A stretch of 40,864 nt of DNA from an uncultured bacterium. GTDB lineage: Bacteria; Cyanobacteriota; Vampirovibrionia; Gastranaerophilales; Gastranaerophilaceae. This document shows positions 1 through 9,282 of the stretch, piece by piece. The notes under the pieces are model-generated. The model did no database searches. It was given only the letters and a program-made list of their open reading frames with translations, and had not been told where the DNA came from. A program made the position numbers and the translations under genes. Every line of letters begins with the position of its first letter. Position 1 is the first letter of the stretch. The DNA lies in contig CAMAGQ010000001.1 of NCBI GenBank assembly GCA_945833895.1, forward strand, positions 1 through 40,864, in the 5' to 3' direction.

Positions 1-100
1 AATCCCATGCAAGTCTTGTCAGGTTGTAAGACTAACGTTCATTAAGAAATTCTGCTCTCTCCAAATGTGTGAGGAAAAAATTTTTTGGTTTATATTTTAC

Positions 101-129
101 TTGAAATAATTTTATGTTTCAGATAGAAT
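101..129 (+). promoter_or_regulatory. sigma70-type promoter candidate for tRNA-Arg
   Basis: TTGAAA (101-106), a 17-nt spacer, then TAGAAT (124-129), about 22 nt upstream of the tRNA 5' end. A second TAGAAT lies at 144-149. Confidence 0.45.
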
Positions 130-151
130 AGTGATGCAGACAATAGAATAT

Positions 152-225
<74 letters not shown>

Positions 226-230
226 TTTAG

Positions 231-262
231 AAAGAGGACAGAAAAATTTCTATCCTCTTTCT
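231..262 (+). terminator. possible intrinsic terminator after tRNA-Arg
   Basis: Hairpin AAAGAGGA(ca)...(ta)TCCTCTTT (231-260) with a 10-nt loop, followed by a weak T-rich tail (ctattt). Confidence 0.35.
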
Positions 263-348
263 ATTTGGAAAGGTCTTAATAATAAAACAGTTACAAATTG
301 GTTAAAAATTCCGCATTGTAACTGTTTTAAGTTAGTTTATTTTAAATA

Positions 349-2985
349 TTAAACCGCTTTGTCGAGTTTTCTTTCAGCAGATTTATGATTGTTTCTATAA
401 AGAAGATATCCGCCTGTGAGAACCGCAACTCCACCGATAATTCCGTAGATTAACTTCATTGGGCGAGTTTTTGCAACAGTTCCGAGAATTTCTTCCGCAC
501 ACTCTCTGTATTCGCCGAATTTACCCGTTACTCTTTGTAATGGTCCCATATTTCTTGATGTGATAGGTTTGTCATATTCAAAAATATCTTCCATATAACG
601 CATGTTTGCACTCTTGCCATGGTTATATTCGTTGTTATTGTGCCAATCTACAAGTTCTTCAATGTTCTTTTTAGACATTGCCAGATATTCATCTTTATTG
701 TTTGTGTACTGGTCAATGAATTTTCTGAATATTTCAGCAACTTGCGGTTTTTGTCTGTTACAACGTGCCTCGTCAATTTCTTTTTCAGAATTTGCATAAG
801 TCAATCCGTAACGTTCAGGTCTGCCTTCTACAACTTCCTTAGTCAAAAATCCGTTTTTCTCGTTTGTATAATCGACAGGACCGCCTGTTGCGGTTGTTCC
901 GTACGGAGTTCCTGCAATTTTTGATTCAAGCGGTGTAATTCCGCACATTTCACGACGTGATGTAAACAAACAATAGTGAACACATCCTACAAATCTGTTA
1001 GGTGTGAAACCTTCAATATTCATATAATTATGTCTGTAGATTCCGCCGTCAAGGTTCCAGATTTCTTCTGCATCACGTTTTAATGCCTGATAATCAGCAG
1101 CACCCTTATCCCAAGGACCTGCACCCGTGATAAGTTTTACTCTTTGTTTAACTTCTTTTGGAATATTCTTGTCTTTTAGAAATTCAAGAAATCCGCCGGT
1201 TGTCATGTTATAACCCTTTTGCTCATCAGGTCTGCCGTAACCAAATACGATAATATCTCCGTCTTTAACTTGAGAAATATATCCCCAAACGTTGTGACCG
1301 TCTTTAATTTGAGTTTCATTAAAGAAGAGTTTATTCAAAGCATCTTGTCCTTTTTTACCCGCTTCTTCAATTACGCCTGACAGCCATTTTGCGTTCTTTT
1401 CTTTCGCTGCGACAACATCTTTAATGTCAGTTGTTATATTTTGATTTACAGCCTTTTTCTCAGGTGATTTTTCAAGTTCAGCCATAAAATCTTTAAGTTC
1501 ATCAGGTTTTACGTAGGTGAACGGAGTGTAACCTTTTTTCACTTCGGGTAGTGAAAGTCCGTTATCTCCTCTGCCAAAATTTGCATCAGGATTTCCGAGG
1601 CTTAAGTTTGCAGGAGTTGCACCGTTGAGTACTGATTTTGTTTCAATTGCCGCATAATCATCTGTTAAAAATTTTGCAGCATCAGGAGTTTCCTGACTCT
1701 TCATTTCTTTGTCAAACTGGTAAGATACCGTTCCTGTTGAAATGTTCTCAGGGTTTACTCCTGCAGATGAAATACCTACTTTCAAAATATTATATGTTCC
1801 CGCACCGTCTCTAAAGTTTCTCAAATATGGTGAAACTACTGACCATGCAATTTGTTGTTCTCTTGGTGTTAAGGCTTCGGCATTTTGAATTCCAAATTTT
1901 TGAGCCTTTGCAAGAATATCAAAATCAGGAAGTGATTTCATCGTTTCAGCATCTGCGGCATCCCCAACAACAGAAATCATTTTAAACGGGTCGCTTGTTA
2001 ATCCCTGATAATTTCTACCGGTGTTGTGAGCGATAATGTGAACTTTTAACCCGTTTGCATCGGTGTCACCTGCAGCAGACATATTAGCAACGTGGTTGCC
2101 GTAAGTATGTGCAATTCTGTCGTGAGCAATTACGTTTGCAGGGTTGAAAAATCCAAATTCTTCAGTATTCATCTGTTTGTGGATTGCCTGCGTTAACACT
2201 CTCATGCCGTCTGAATTTGAAATTTCGGCTTCAAACGGAACATTTCCCCAACAGTCGTAAGCGTAAGGTTTTGAAGCCCTTGCTAAGTCAGGTGTGTAGT
2301 AAAAATAATTTGGATGCTCTTTTAACTTGTTGTATTTCGGGTTTTGTTTTGAAATTTGCAATATTGCATACGGAATTGTATCAACTTCCCCAAGCATGTG
2401 TGATGATGGACGTGAAACAGTTCCAGTTATTTTTGGAGGGTCAAGCAAGCAGTATTTTGACTCTAAAACCCCTGTCTCTTTGTTAGGAATAGGTTTACTT
2501 TGTATAACATGGTGTACTTCCGATTCCTTTAAGTTGAATTTTTTTGCTACATCAGACAAGGTTTCGCCAATATTAGCACTGTAAAAGTTTTTCTCAGGAA
2601 TTACATCCGGTGTTACGCTCATGCCTGCAGGATATTCACTCTCAGGCATAAGTACAAATTTGTAACCGCCTTTAGGGTTGTTGTGTTCCCAGAATGGCAT
2701 AAAACTTCTTGCATCAACTTTTTCGTGTTTTATTAAACTTGCAGGAAGTTCTTCTCCGACAACACCTTCTCCGCCCGCAAATGCTTCAGACAGACCTAAG
2801 CCCTTATTTTCAGGCGTAATTGAGGCAACTTGATTTAAGTTTTTTATCCCGCCGGTGAATGTTAACATAACAATTTTTTGTGTGTTTTGTGTATTTTGAG
2901 TATGACTTACAGGATTACTTTTCTCTGCTTTTAATTTTGCAGCCTGATTTCCTGAATAATACCCCACTATAGAATTTACACGCAT
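349..2985 (-). CDS. divergent glycogen/starch-synthase-like (GT5-like, GT-B) glycosyltransferase with C-terminal transmembrane anchor
   Basis: 878-aa ORF with SD-like AGGTGG 6 nt upstream of the ATG. Sequence blocks are collinear with GlgA as recalled: GGEGVVGEELPASLIKHEKVDARSFMPFW, IAHDRIAH, IAHNTGRNYQG, VLNGATP, GRPDEQKGYN, LITGAGP, TSRREMCGITPLES...TATGGPVD. A single hydrophobic helix MKLIYGIIGGVAVLTGGYLLY lies near the C-terminus (nt 397-459). Confidence 0.6.
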   Translation of the reverse strand: MRVNSIVGYYSGNQAAKLKAEKSNPVSHTQNTQNTQKIVMLTFTGGIKNLNQVASITPENKGLGLSEAFAGGEGVVGEELPASLIKHEKVDARSFMPFWEHNNPKGGYKFVLMPESEYPAGMSVTPDVIPEKNFYSANIGETLSDVAKKFNLKESEVHHVIQSKPIPNKETGVLESKYCLLDPPKITGTVSRPSSHMLGEVDTIPYAILQISKQNPKYNKLKEHPNYFYYTPDLARASKPYAYDCWGNVPFEAEISNSDGMRVLTQAIHKQMNTEEFGFFNPANVIAHDRIAHTYGNHVANMSAAGDTDANGLKVHIIAHNTGRNYQGLTSDPFKMISVVGDAADAETMKSLPDFDILAKAQKFGIQNAEALTPREQQIAWSVVSPYLRNFRDGAGTYNILKVGISSAGVNPENISTGTVSYQFDKEMKSQETPDAAKFLTDDYAAIETKSVLNGATPANLSLGNPDANFGRGDNGLSLPEVKKGYTPFTYVKPDELKDFMAELEKSPEKKAVNQNITTDIKDVVAAKEKNAKWLSGVIEEAGKKGQDALNKLFFNETQIKDGHNVWGYISQVKDGDIIVFGYGRPDEQKGYNMTTGGFLEFLKDKNIPKEVKQRVKLITGAGPWDKGAADYQALKRDAEEIWNLDGGIYRHNYMNIEGFTPNRFVGCVHYCLFTSRREMCGITPLESKIAGTPYGTTATGGPVDYTNEKNGFLTKEVVEGRPERYGLTYANSEKEIDEARCNRQKPQVAEIFRKFIDQYTNNKDEYLAMSKKNIEELVDWHNNNEYNHGKSANMRYMEDIFEYDKPITSRNMGPLQRVTGKFGEYRECAEEILGTVAKTRPMKLIYGIIGGVAVLTGGYLLYRNNHKSAERKLDKAV

Positions 2986-3083
2986 GATTGACCACCTATC
3001 TCTTTCGACATATATCCATTTATCTTTTATACTAAAACCCGTGAATTAATTTTTTGTCATTTTTGCAGAAAATATTAAGAAAA

Positions 3084-3116
3084 CGTTACATAGTTCTTAA
3101 ACTGGACTATGTAACG
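3084..3116 (-). terminator. intrinsic terminator candidate downstream of clpC
   Basis: 10-bp perfect stem CGTTACATAG / CTATGTAACG (3084-3093 and 3107-3116). On the minus strand it is followed by gttttctt. Confidence 0.5.
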
Positions 3117-3126
3117 CTTATTCTAT

Positions 3127-5637
3127 CTATATAGATGTTGTTTCTTCTACTATTTCAACATCTTTATCTTTTTTTGTCCTTTTCTTTGCTTTATCAAAAG
3201 CAATTTTGCCATCAACCAATGTTACCTTAATAACATCGCCGGGACCGTATTTACCTGAAAGAATTTCCTCGGCAAGGCTGTCTTCCATTTTACGTTGAAT
3301 TAAACGACGTAACGGTCTTGCACCATAAGCCTCCGAGTATCCGTTTTCGGCAAGATGATCTTTAACTTCATCTGATACCTCAACGCTCAAGTCTTTTTCA
3401 GCCAGACGTTTGAACAAGTCTTTAAGCATTAAGTCTACAATCTGTCTGATTTCTTCTTTAGAAAGATGAGCGAATACGATTGTTTCATCAATTCTGTTAA
3501 GAAATTCAGGTCTAAATGCCTTTTTCATTTCTTCGCTAACAGTATCTTTCAATTTTTCGTACTTGCTCTTAGACTCGTCTTCAGCAGTTGAGAAACCTAA
3601 CTTAGAAGTATTCGTAATCATGCTTGCACCGACGTTTGAAGTCATGATAATAACAGTGTTTTTGAAACTTACGTGACGACCTTTAGAGTCTGTCAATCTG
3701 CCATCATCAAGGATTTGAAGCATAATATTAAATACATCAGGGTGAGCTTTTTCGATTTCATCAAAAAGTACAACCGAATAAGGTTTCTTTCTGACAAGTT
3801 CGCTCAAGTGACCGCCGTCATCATAACCGACATACCCCGGAGGTGAACCGATTAATTTTGCGGTTGAATGTTTTTCCATAAATTCTGACATATCAACTCT
3901 GAGCATGTTATCTTCAGAACCAAACATTGCTTCTGCTAAAGCCTTGGCTAATTCGGTTTTACCAACACCTGTAGGTCCGCAGAAGATAAAACTTCCGATT
4001 GGTCTGTTTGGTGCTTTCAAACCGACTCTTGCACGTCTGATAGCTTTTGAAATAGCAACAATAGCATCGTGTTGACCGATAACACGTTGATGAAGGGTAT
4101 CTTCAAGTTTCAACAATCTTTCACTTTCGCCTTCTGTCAACTTGGTAACAGGAACACCTGTCATCATTGCGATTACTTCTGCAACGTTTTCCGCTGTAAC
4201 TGTTGCTTTGTTTGCTTCGTTTTCATCACGCCATTTGTCAGAAATTTCTCTGATTTTGTCTTTTAAGTCTGCTTCATCATCTCTCAGTTGAGAAGCAACG
4301 TCAAATTCTTTGTTTCTGATTGCTTCTTCTTTTTCTCTAACCAAGGATTTTAACTGTTTTTCAAGTTCTTTACCCTCAGGTGAGATGTTTGAAACCTTCA
4401 ATCTAACCTTTGAACTTGCTTCATCTATGACATCAATTGCTTTGTCAGGTAAAAATCTGTCGTTTACATATTTACTTGACAATTTTACCGCTGCAACAAT
4501 TGCTTCATCTGAAATTATAAGTTTGTGGTGTTCTTCGTATTTCGGTTTCAAACCTTTGATGATTTCAATTGATTCTTCAATTGTAGGCTCATCAATTTGA
4601 ACAGGTTGGAAGCGTCTTTCAAGTGCAGAATCTTTTTCGATATATTTTCTGTACTCGTCAGAAGTTGTAGCACCGATAACTTGAATTTCGCCACGTGATA
4701 ATGCAGGTTTTAAGATATTTGCAGCATCAATAGCACCTTCTGCCGCACCTGCACCAATCAAGGTATGCATTTCATCAATTACAAGAATAATATTTCCTGC
4801 TTGACGAATTTCGTCCATAATTTTCTTCAATCGTTCTTCAAATTCACCACGGTATTTTGTACCTGCAACAAGCAAGCCCATGTCTAACTGGATGACTTTT
4901 TTACCGTCAAGAATATCAGGAACTTCCGCATTAACAATTCTTGTTGCTAAACCTTCTGCAACTGCGGTTTTACCGACACCCGGTTCACCAAGTAATACAG
5001 GGTTATTTTTGGTTCTTCTTGCAAGAATTTGAATAACACGTTCAATTTCTTTTTCTCTGCCGACAACAGGGTCAAGTCTTAACTCTTGAGCCGCAAGTGT
5101 TAAATCTCTGCCAAATTCATCAAGGCTCGGGGTTTTTGTTTTTCCGCTTGATGATGAACTTGAACTTGAAGAAGAACTTGAAGAACCTGTAGTTGTAGTT
5201 TTAGATTCACCAAGCATTTTAACAACATTGCTTCTGACTTTATTTAAGTCAACTCCAAGTTGCTCAAGAACACGTGCCGCAACACCTTCACCTTCACGGA
5301 TTAAACCTAAAAGCAGGTGCTCGGTACCGATGTAATTGTGACCTAATTGTCTTGCTTCATCCCAAGATAATTCAAGAACTCGTTTTGCTCTTGGTGTGAA
5401 CGGAATTTCTACCGCAACAAACCCTGAACCTCTGCCGATAACTTTTTCAACTTCAGTTCTTGCATCTTTGAGATTAACCCCCATTGATTTTAGGGTTTTT
5501 GCAGCTACGCCCGTACCTTCGCCGATTAGTCCAAGCAAAATTTGCTCGGTTCCAACAAAGTTATGTCCTAATCTTCGAGCTTCTTCCTGGGCAAGCATTA
5601 TAACTTTTATTGCCTTTTCTGTAAAACGTTCGAACAT
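3127..5637 (-). CDS. clpC: ATP-dependent Clp protease ATP-binding subunit ClpC (class I AAA+ chaperone)
   Basis: 836 aa. Duplicated Clp-N repeats ([14 protein letters not shown] / [14 protein letters not shown]). Two Walker A motifs ([16 protein letters not shown]). UVR-like middle domain. AGGAG SD 6 nt upstream. Strong resemblance to cyanobacterial/plastid-type ClpC N-termini. Confidence 0.95.
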   Translation of the reverse strand: MFERFTEKAIKVIMLAQEEARRLGHNFVGTEQILLGLIGEGTGVAAKTLKSMGVNLKDARTEVEKVIGRGSGFVAVEIPFTPRAKRVLELSWDEARQLGHNYIGTEHLLLGLIREGEGVAARVLEQLGVDLNKVRSNVVKMLGESKTTTTGSSSSSSSSSSSSSGKTKTPSLDEFGRDLTLAAQELRLDPVVGREKEIERVIQILARRTKNNPVLLGEPGVGKTAVAEGLATRIVNAEVPDILDGKKVIQLDMGLLVAGTKYRGEFEERLKKIMDEIRQAGNIILVIDEMHTLIGAGAAEGAIDAANILKPALSRGEIQVIGATTSDEYRKYIEKDSALERRFQPVQIDEPTIEESIEIIKGLKPKYEEHHKLIISDEAIVAAVKLSSKYVNDRFLPDKAIDVIDEASSKVRLKVSNISPEGKELEKQLKSLVREKEEAIRNKEFDVASQLRDDEADLKDKIREISDKWRDENEANKATVTAENVAEVIAMMTGVPVTKLTEGESERLLKLEDTLHQRVIGQHDAIVAISKAIRRARVGLKAPNRPIGSFIFCGPTGVGKTELAKALAEAMFGSEDNMLRVDMSEFMEKHSTAKLIGSPPGYVGYDDGGHLSELVRKKPYSVVLFDEIEKAHPDVFNIMLQILDDGRLTDSKGRHVSFKNTVIIMTSNVGASMITNTSKLGFSTAEDESKSKYEKLKDTVSEEMKKAFRPEFLNRIDETIVFAHLSKEEIRQIVDLMLKDLFKRLAEKDLSVEVSDEVKDHLAENGYSEAYGARPLRRLIQRKMEDSLAEEILSGKYGPGDVIKVTLVDGKIAFDKAKKRTKKDKDVEIVEETTSI

Positions 5638-5733
5638 TATTTACTCCTATCTCTCCTTATAGAAAAATTATACACAAAATATAAAAAACTTTCAATATGT
5701 TAAGAGTGGTAAATATATTTACTACTTTATTAT

Positions 5734-6180
5734 TTAATATTTTAACTTTCTGTCTATTTCTCTTTGCTGGTCTTTTTTAGCAAGTGAATCTCTTTTGTCG
5801 TAAAGTTTTTTACCTTTTGCAAGACCAATTTCAACTTTTGCGTAGCCCTTCAAAATGAAAACTTCTAACGGGACTATTGTGTAGCCGTCTTTTTTAATTT
5901 TGGAGTGCATTTTTAATATTTCTTTTTTTGTCAAAAGAAGTTTGCGAACCCTGTCTGCTTTGTGGTTAAATCGGTTTCCCTGTTCGTATGGAGAAATATG
6001 GCAGTTATACATAAAGATTTCGTTATCTTCAATCTTACAAAAACTGTCTTTCAGATTTATTGCATTCTTTCTTATGGATTTAATCTCTGTTCCGGTCAAG
6101 ACAATTCCTGCTACATATTTTTCAAAAATTGTGTAGTCATGGAACGCTTTTCTGTTGGTTGTAATGATTTTTTTCTCCAT
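5734..6180 (-). CDS. smpB: SsrA-binding protein SmpB
   Basis: 148 aa. Characteristic NRKAFHDY, GTEIKSIR, NHKADRVRKLLL and GLAKGKKLYDKR blocks with a basic C-terminal tail. Confidence 0.95.
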   Translation of the reverse strand: MEKKIITTNRKAFHDYTIFEKYVAGIVLTGTEIKSIRKNAINLKDSFCKIEDNEIFMYNCHISPYEQGNRFNHKADRVRKLLLTKKEILKMHSKIKKDGYTIVPLEVFILKGYAKVEIGLAKGKKLYDKRDSLAKKDQQREIDRKLKY

Positions 6181-6201
6181 AATCTGATTATATCACAGAG
6201 T

Positions 6202-6960
6202 TTATTTTTTTGAACGTGCTTTTTGGAGGGTTTTTGCCAGTTCCTGTTCAATTATCTGTAATTTTTCATCATACATATAAACATCAGAAGTTATTGCCTT
6301 CTCACTGTATTGAATTCCTAATCTCGGAGTATTGTTAACAATTCTCATGTAATGTTTTTTGTAAACATCGTTACTTTTTGCTTTTATCAAATTGTATCTG
6401 AATAGTTGTAAAGTGTCGATTTTATCGTCAGTAGAAAAAGGTTTTAAAAATTGTTTAAGTGCCTTTTTATCCAATTTGCCTTTTACATCAATTCTATTAA
6501 CGAAAAAGTCATTAATTGTGTCTACATCCATACCTTTATTTAGCATGGTAATTTCACGTCTAAAAAATTTTGGACTTAATATTTCATGAAAATATTGCAA
6601 TGAAATATTTAACAATTTCATAATATTATTATCTTTGAGTTTGTTATCAAGATTGATGTTTTTCCTGAATGTGAAATTGTAGCCCATACATGTCGCTGTT
6701 TCATCGACTAAATGTGTAACGTTCTTTGTTGTATCTTGATAACTGTCTCCGTAAATTATTCTGAAATGTGTTCCCGCTGTTTTTTGTATCTGACGGATGA
6801 ATTTTGTTTTTGTAATTACTCCGTCTGTAAAACTGCTTGTCAAAGTATTATAAAATTTATCGTTCAATTCTCTTGCACGTTCTAAACGTCTTTCTGCTGT
6901 TCCGCGTGCAACTTTTAGGGGTAAAAATGTTTTTGCACCGTTGATTTTAAATACTACCAT
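6202..6960 (-). CDS. hypothetical protein (basic, no recognisable domain)
   Basis: 252-aa ORF with an AAGGAA SD upstream, tightly packed between the oppF-like gene and smpB on the same strand. I recognise no motifs. Confidence 0.65.
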   Translation of the reverse strand: MVVFKINGAKTFLPLKVARGTAERRLERARELNDKFYNTLTSSFTDGVITKTKFIRQIQKTAGTHFRIIYGDSYQDTTKNVTHLVDETATCMGYNFTFRKNINLDNKLKDNNIMKLLNISLQYFHEILSPKFFRREITMLNKGMDVDTINDFFVNRIDVKGKLDKKALKQFLKPFSTDDKIDTLQLFRYNLIKAKSNDVYKKHYMRIVNNTPRLGIQYSEKAITSDVYMYDEKLQIIEQELAKTLQKARSKK

Positions 6961-7013
6961 ATTGAACTATTCCTTTCGTATTTATCCACAAAACATCTGA
7001 AAGAAATTTTTTG

Positions 7014-7982
7014 CTAGTTATATAAAAAACATTTACAAATATGGTTATCAGAAATATTAATATTTTGAGGACTTTCTATTTTGCACCTGTCAAAGGCATA
7101 AGGGCATCTGGTATGAAATTTGCAGCCTGACGGCGGGTTTTCAGGTGACGGAAGTTCACCAATCAGTTGAAATTTTTCTTTTCGTGTTTCATTACTAATC
7201 TCCGGTGCTGAACTTAATAAAGCCTTTGTATATGGGTGTTTTGGACAGTTGAATATATCTTCGGTTATGCCGTATTCAACAATTTCACCAAGGTACATTA
7301 TGGCAATTTTGTCTGAAATATATTTTATAACACCTAAATCGTGAGAAATAAATAAAATTGTTAAATTATACTCATCTTTTAACTGTTTAAGCAGGTTGAT
7401 AATTTGAGCCTGAATACTCACATCTAACGCACTGACAGGCTCATCAGCAATGATAATTTGGGGTTCAAGAACAAGAGAGCGTGCTATTGCAATACGCTGT
7501 CTTTGTCCGCCTGAAAACTCGTGTGGATAAAGATTTAACGCATTCTCACTCAAGCCGACGCTGTGAATTTTTTCAAGAACTATCTTATCAATATTTTTTT
7601 TGCCTAAATTTGTGTTAATTTCAAGCGGTTCACTCAAAATTTTACAGATTTTCATTTTTGGATTAAGGCTTGCGTACGGATTTTGGAAAATCATTTGAAC
7701 TTTTTTGTAAAAATCTTTTAAATCAGATTTTTTTGTAAGTTTTAAGATATCTTGCCCGTGCAGGAAAATTTCTCCGTTCTCAGTTTGGATAAGTTTCATA
7801 ATCGCTTTGGCAAGTGTTGATTTGCCGCATCCTGATTCGCCCGCTATTGCTAATATTTCTCCCTTTTTAACAGAGAAAGTCACGTCATTAACCGCATGAA
7901 CAGTTTTTAATCCGCCAAAAATATTCTTTTTTGACTGATAAATAACTTCTAAATTTTTAACTTCTAATATATTTTCTGTCAT
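7014..7982 (-). CDS. oligopeptide/dipeptide ABC transporter ATP-binding protein (OppF/DppF type)
   Basis: Walker A GESGCGKST, signature FSGGQRQR, Walker B IIIADEP. C-terminal oligopeptide-type extension with Cys/His (PPSGCKFHTRCPYAFDRC). Confidence 0.9.
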   Translation of the reverse strand: MTENILEVKNLEVIYQSKKNIFGGLKTVHAVNDVTFSVKKGEILAIAGESGCGKSTLAKAIMKLIQTENGEIFLHGQDILKLTKKSDLKDFYKKVQMIFQNPYASLNPKMKICKILSEPLEINTNLGKKNIDKIVLEKIHSVGLSENALNLYPHEFSGGQRQRIAIARSLVLEPQIIIADEPVSALDVSIQAQIINLLKQLKDEYNLTILFISHDLGVIKYISDKIAIMYLGEIVEYGITEDIFNCPKHPYTKALLSSAPEISNETRKEKFQLIGELPSPENPPSGCKFHTRCPYAFDRCKIESPQNINISDNHICKCFLYN

Positions 7983-8030
7983 GGTTTAATTTTATTTTAA
8001 TCAGATTTTCTGTTCAATTATCCTATTGTT

Positions 8031-9272
8031 TTAATTTAATTTGAACAAACCTTCAAAAATTCCCTCAGAGTATGTCGGATGAGCGAAACAAACTTCTTTT
8101 AGCTTTGTTACGCTGATATCGTTCTGCATTGCGATAAGTACCTGCTGCAAGAGTGCTGATGCTTCTTTTGACACAATGTGAACTCCTGCAATTCTGTCTT
8201 CTTGTGATAATATCTTAATAAAACCGTCTGTTTCATTGTCACAGTGAGCCTTTCCAAGAGAAGAAATAAGCGTTACCGATTTTTGATAAGAACCTGCCCC
8301 TAAATCCTGTTCACGTTTCCCAACCCAGGCAATTTCAGGTGTGCCGTAGATAACAGAAGGTGTAAAGTCTTTTCGGAACGGAATATTTTCAACTGATTCA
8401 AGTGCTTGTTTTATTGCAAAATGTGCAAGTTGAATTTCGCCTGCAACATCGCCCAAATATTCAACCCCGTCAATTTTTTCTTGTTTTAAGTTAGGTGTTC
8501 TGCCTGTTGCAACAAGTATTTTATCGACATTCAAAACGCTGTCGTTTGATAGTGTAACCTGTTTCCCTTCAATATTTTTTACAGATGTATTTGTGTAGAA
8601 TGGGATTTTTGCGGTCTTAAAAATTCTTTCAATCCGTTTTGAAACCTCAACATCAGCAAGCGGAAGCAGATGTGGTGCAAGTTCGACAACAGTTGTGTTT
8701 ACCCCAAAATTTGACATAATTCTTGCCCATTCAAGTCCAATTGCTCCTGAGCCGACAATTAAAATGCTTTTAGGCAGTTCTTCGAGGTTTAAAATATCAT
8801 CAGAGGATATCAAAAATTTCCCGTCAAACTCCAATCCTTTGATTACTCTTGGACTTGAACCTGTTGCACAAATAATCTTTTTGCAGTTGTAAGTTTCATT
8901 GTTTGCGGAAATTTCATTGTTTGTAGAAATGGTTGCCTCAGATTTTACAACGGTAACTCCGACATTTTTTAGTGCTAATTCTATACCTTTACGCAACTTT
9001 TCGATAATTTGATTTTTCCTTAAAACGACTTTTTTGTAGTCAAGTTTTACGTCAGTTACCGAAATTCCTAACTCTTCGCTGTTTTTAATTTGTTTGTATA
9101 TTTCAGAGGAATGCAGGATGGCTTTAGTCGGAATGCAGCCTTTGTTAAGGCATACTCCGCCGATTTCATCTTTTTCGAATAAAACAACCTTTTGTCCTAT
9201 TGATGCGGCATGTAGTGCTGCTGTATATCCGGCAGGCCCTCCTCCGACAATTCCTAAATCAAATTCTTCCAT
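8031..9272 (-). CDS. lpd: dihydrolipoyl dehydrogenase-like class I pyridine nucleotide-disulfide oxidoreductase
   Basis: FAD motif GGGPAGY, redox disulfide GGVCLNKGCIPTK, NAD motif GSGAIGLE, C-terminal FAHPTYSE His-Glu motif. At 413 aa it is shorter than typical (~460 aa). Confidence 0.8.
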   Translation of the reverse strand: MEEFDLGIVGGGPAGYTAALHAASIGQKVVLFEKDEIGGVCLNKGCIPTKAILHSSEIYKQIKNSEELGISVTDVKLDYKKVVLRKNQIIEKLRKGIELALKNVGVTVVKSEATISTNNEISANNETYNCKKIICATGSSPRVIKGLEFDGKFLISSDDILNLEELPKSILIVGSGAIGLEWARIMSNFGVNTTVVELAPHLLPLADVEVSKRIERIFKTAKIPFYTNTSVKNIEGKQVTLSNDSVLNVDKILVATGRTPNLKQEKIDGVEYLGDVAGEIQLAHFAIKQALESVENIPFRKDFTPSVIYGTPEIAWVGKREQDLGAGSYQKSVTLISSLGKAHCDNETDGFIKILSQEDRIAGVHIVSKEASALLQQVLIAMQNDISVTKLKEVCFAHPTYSEGIFEGLFKLN

Positions 9273-9282
9273 AATTTCCTTT

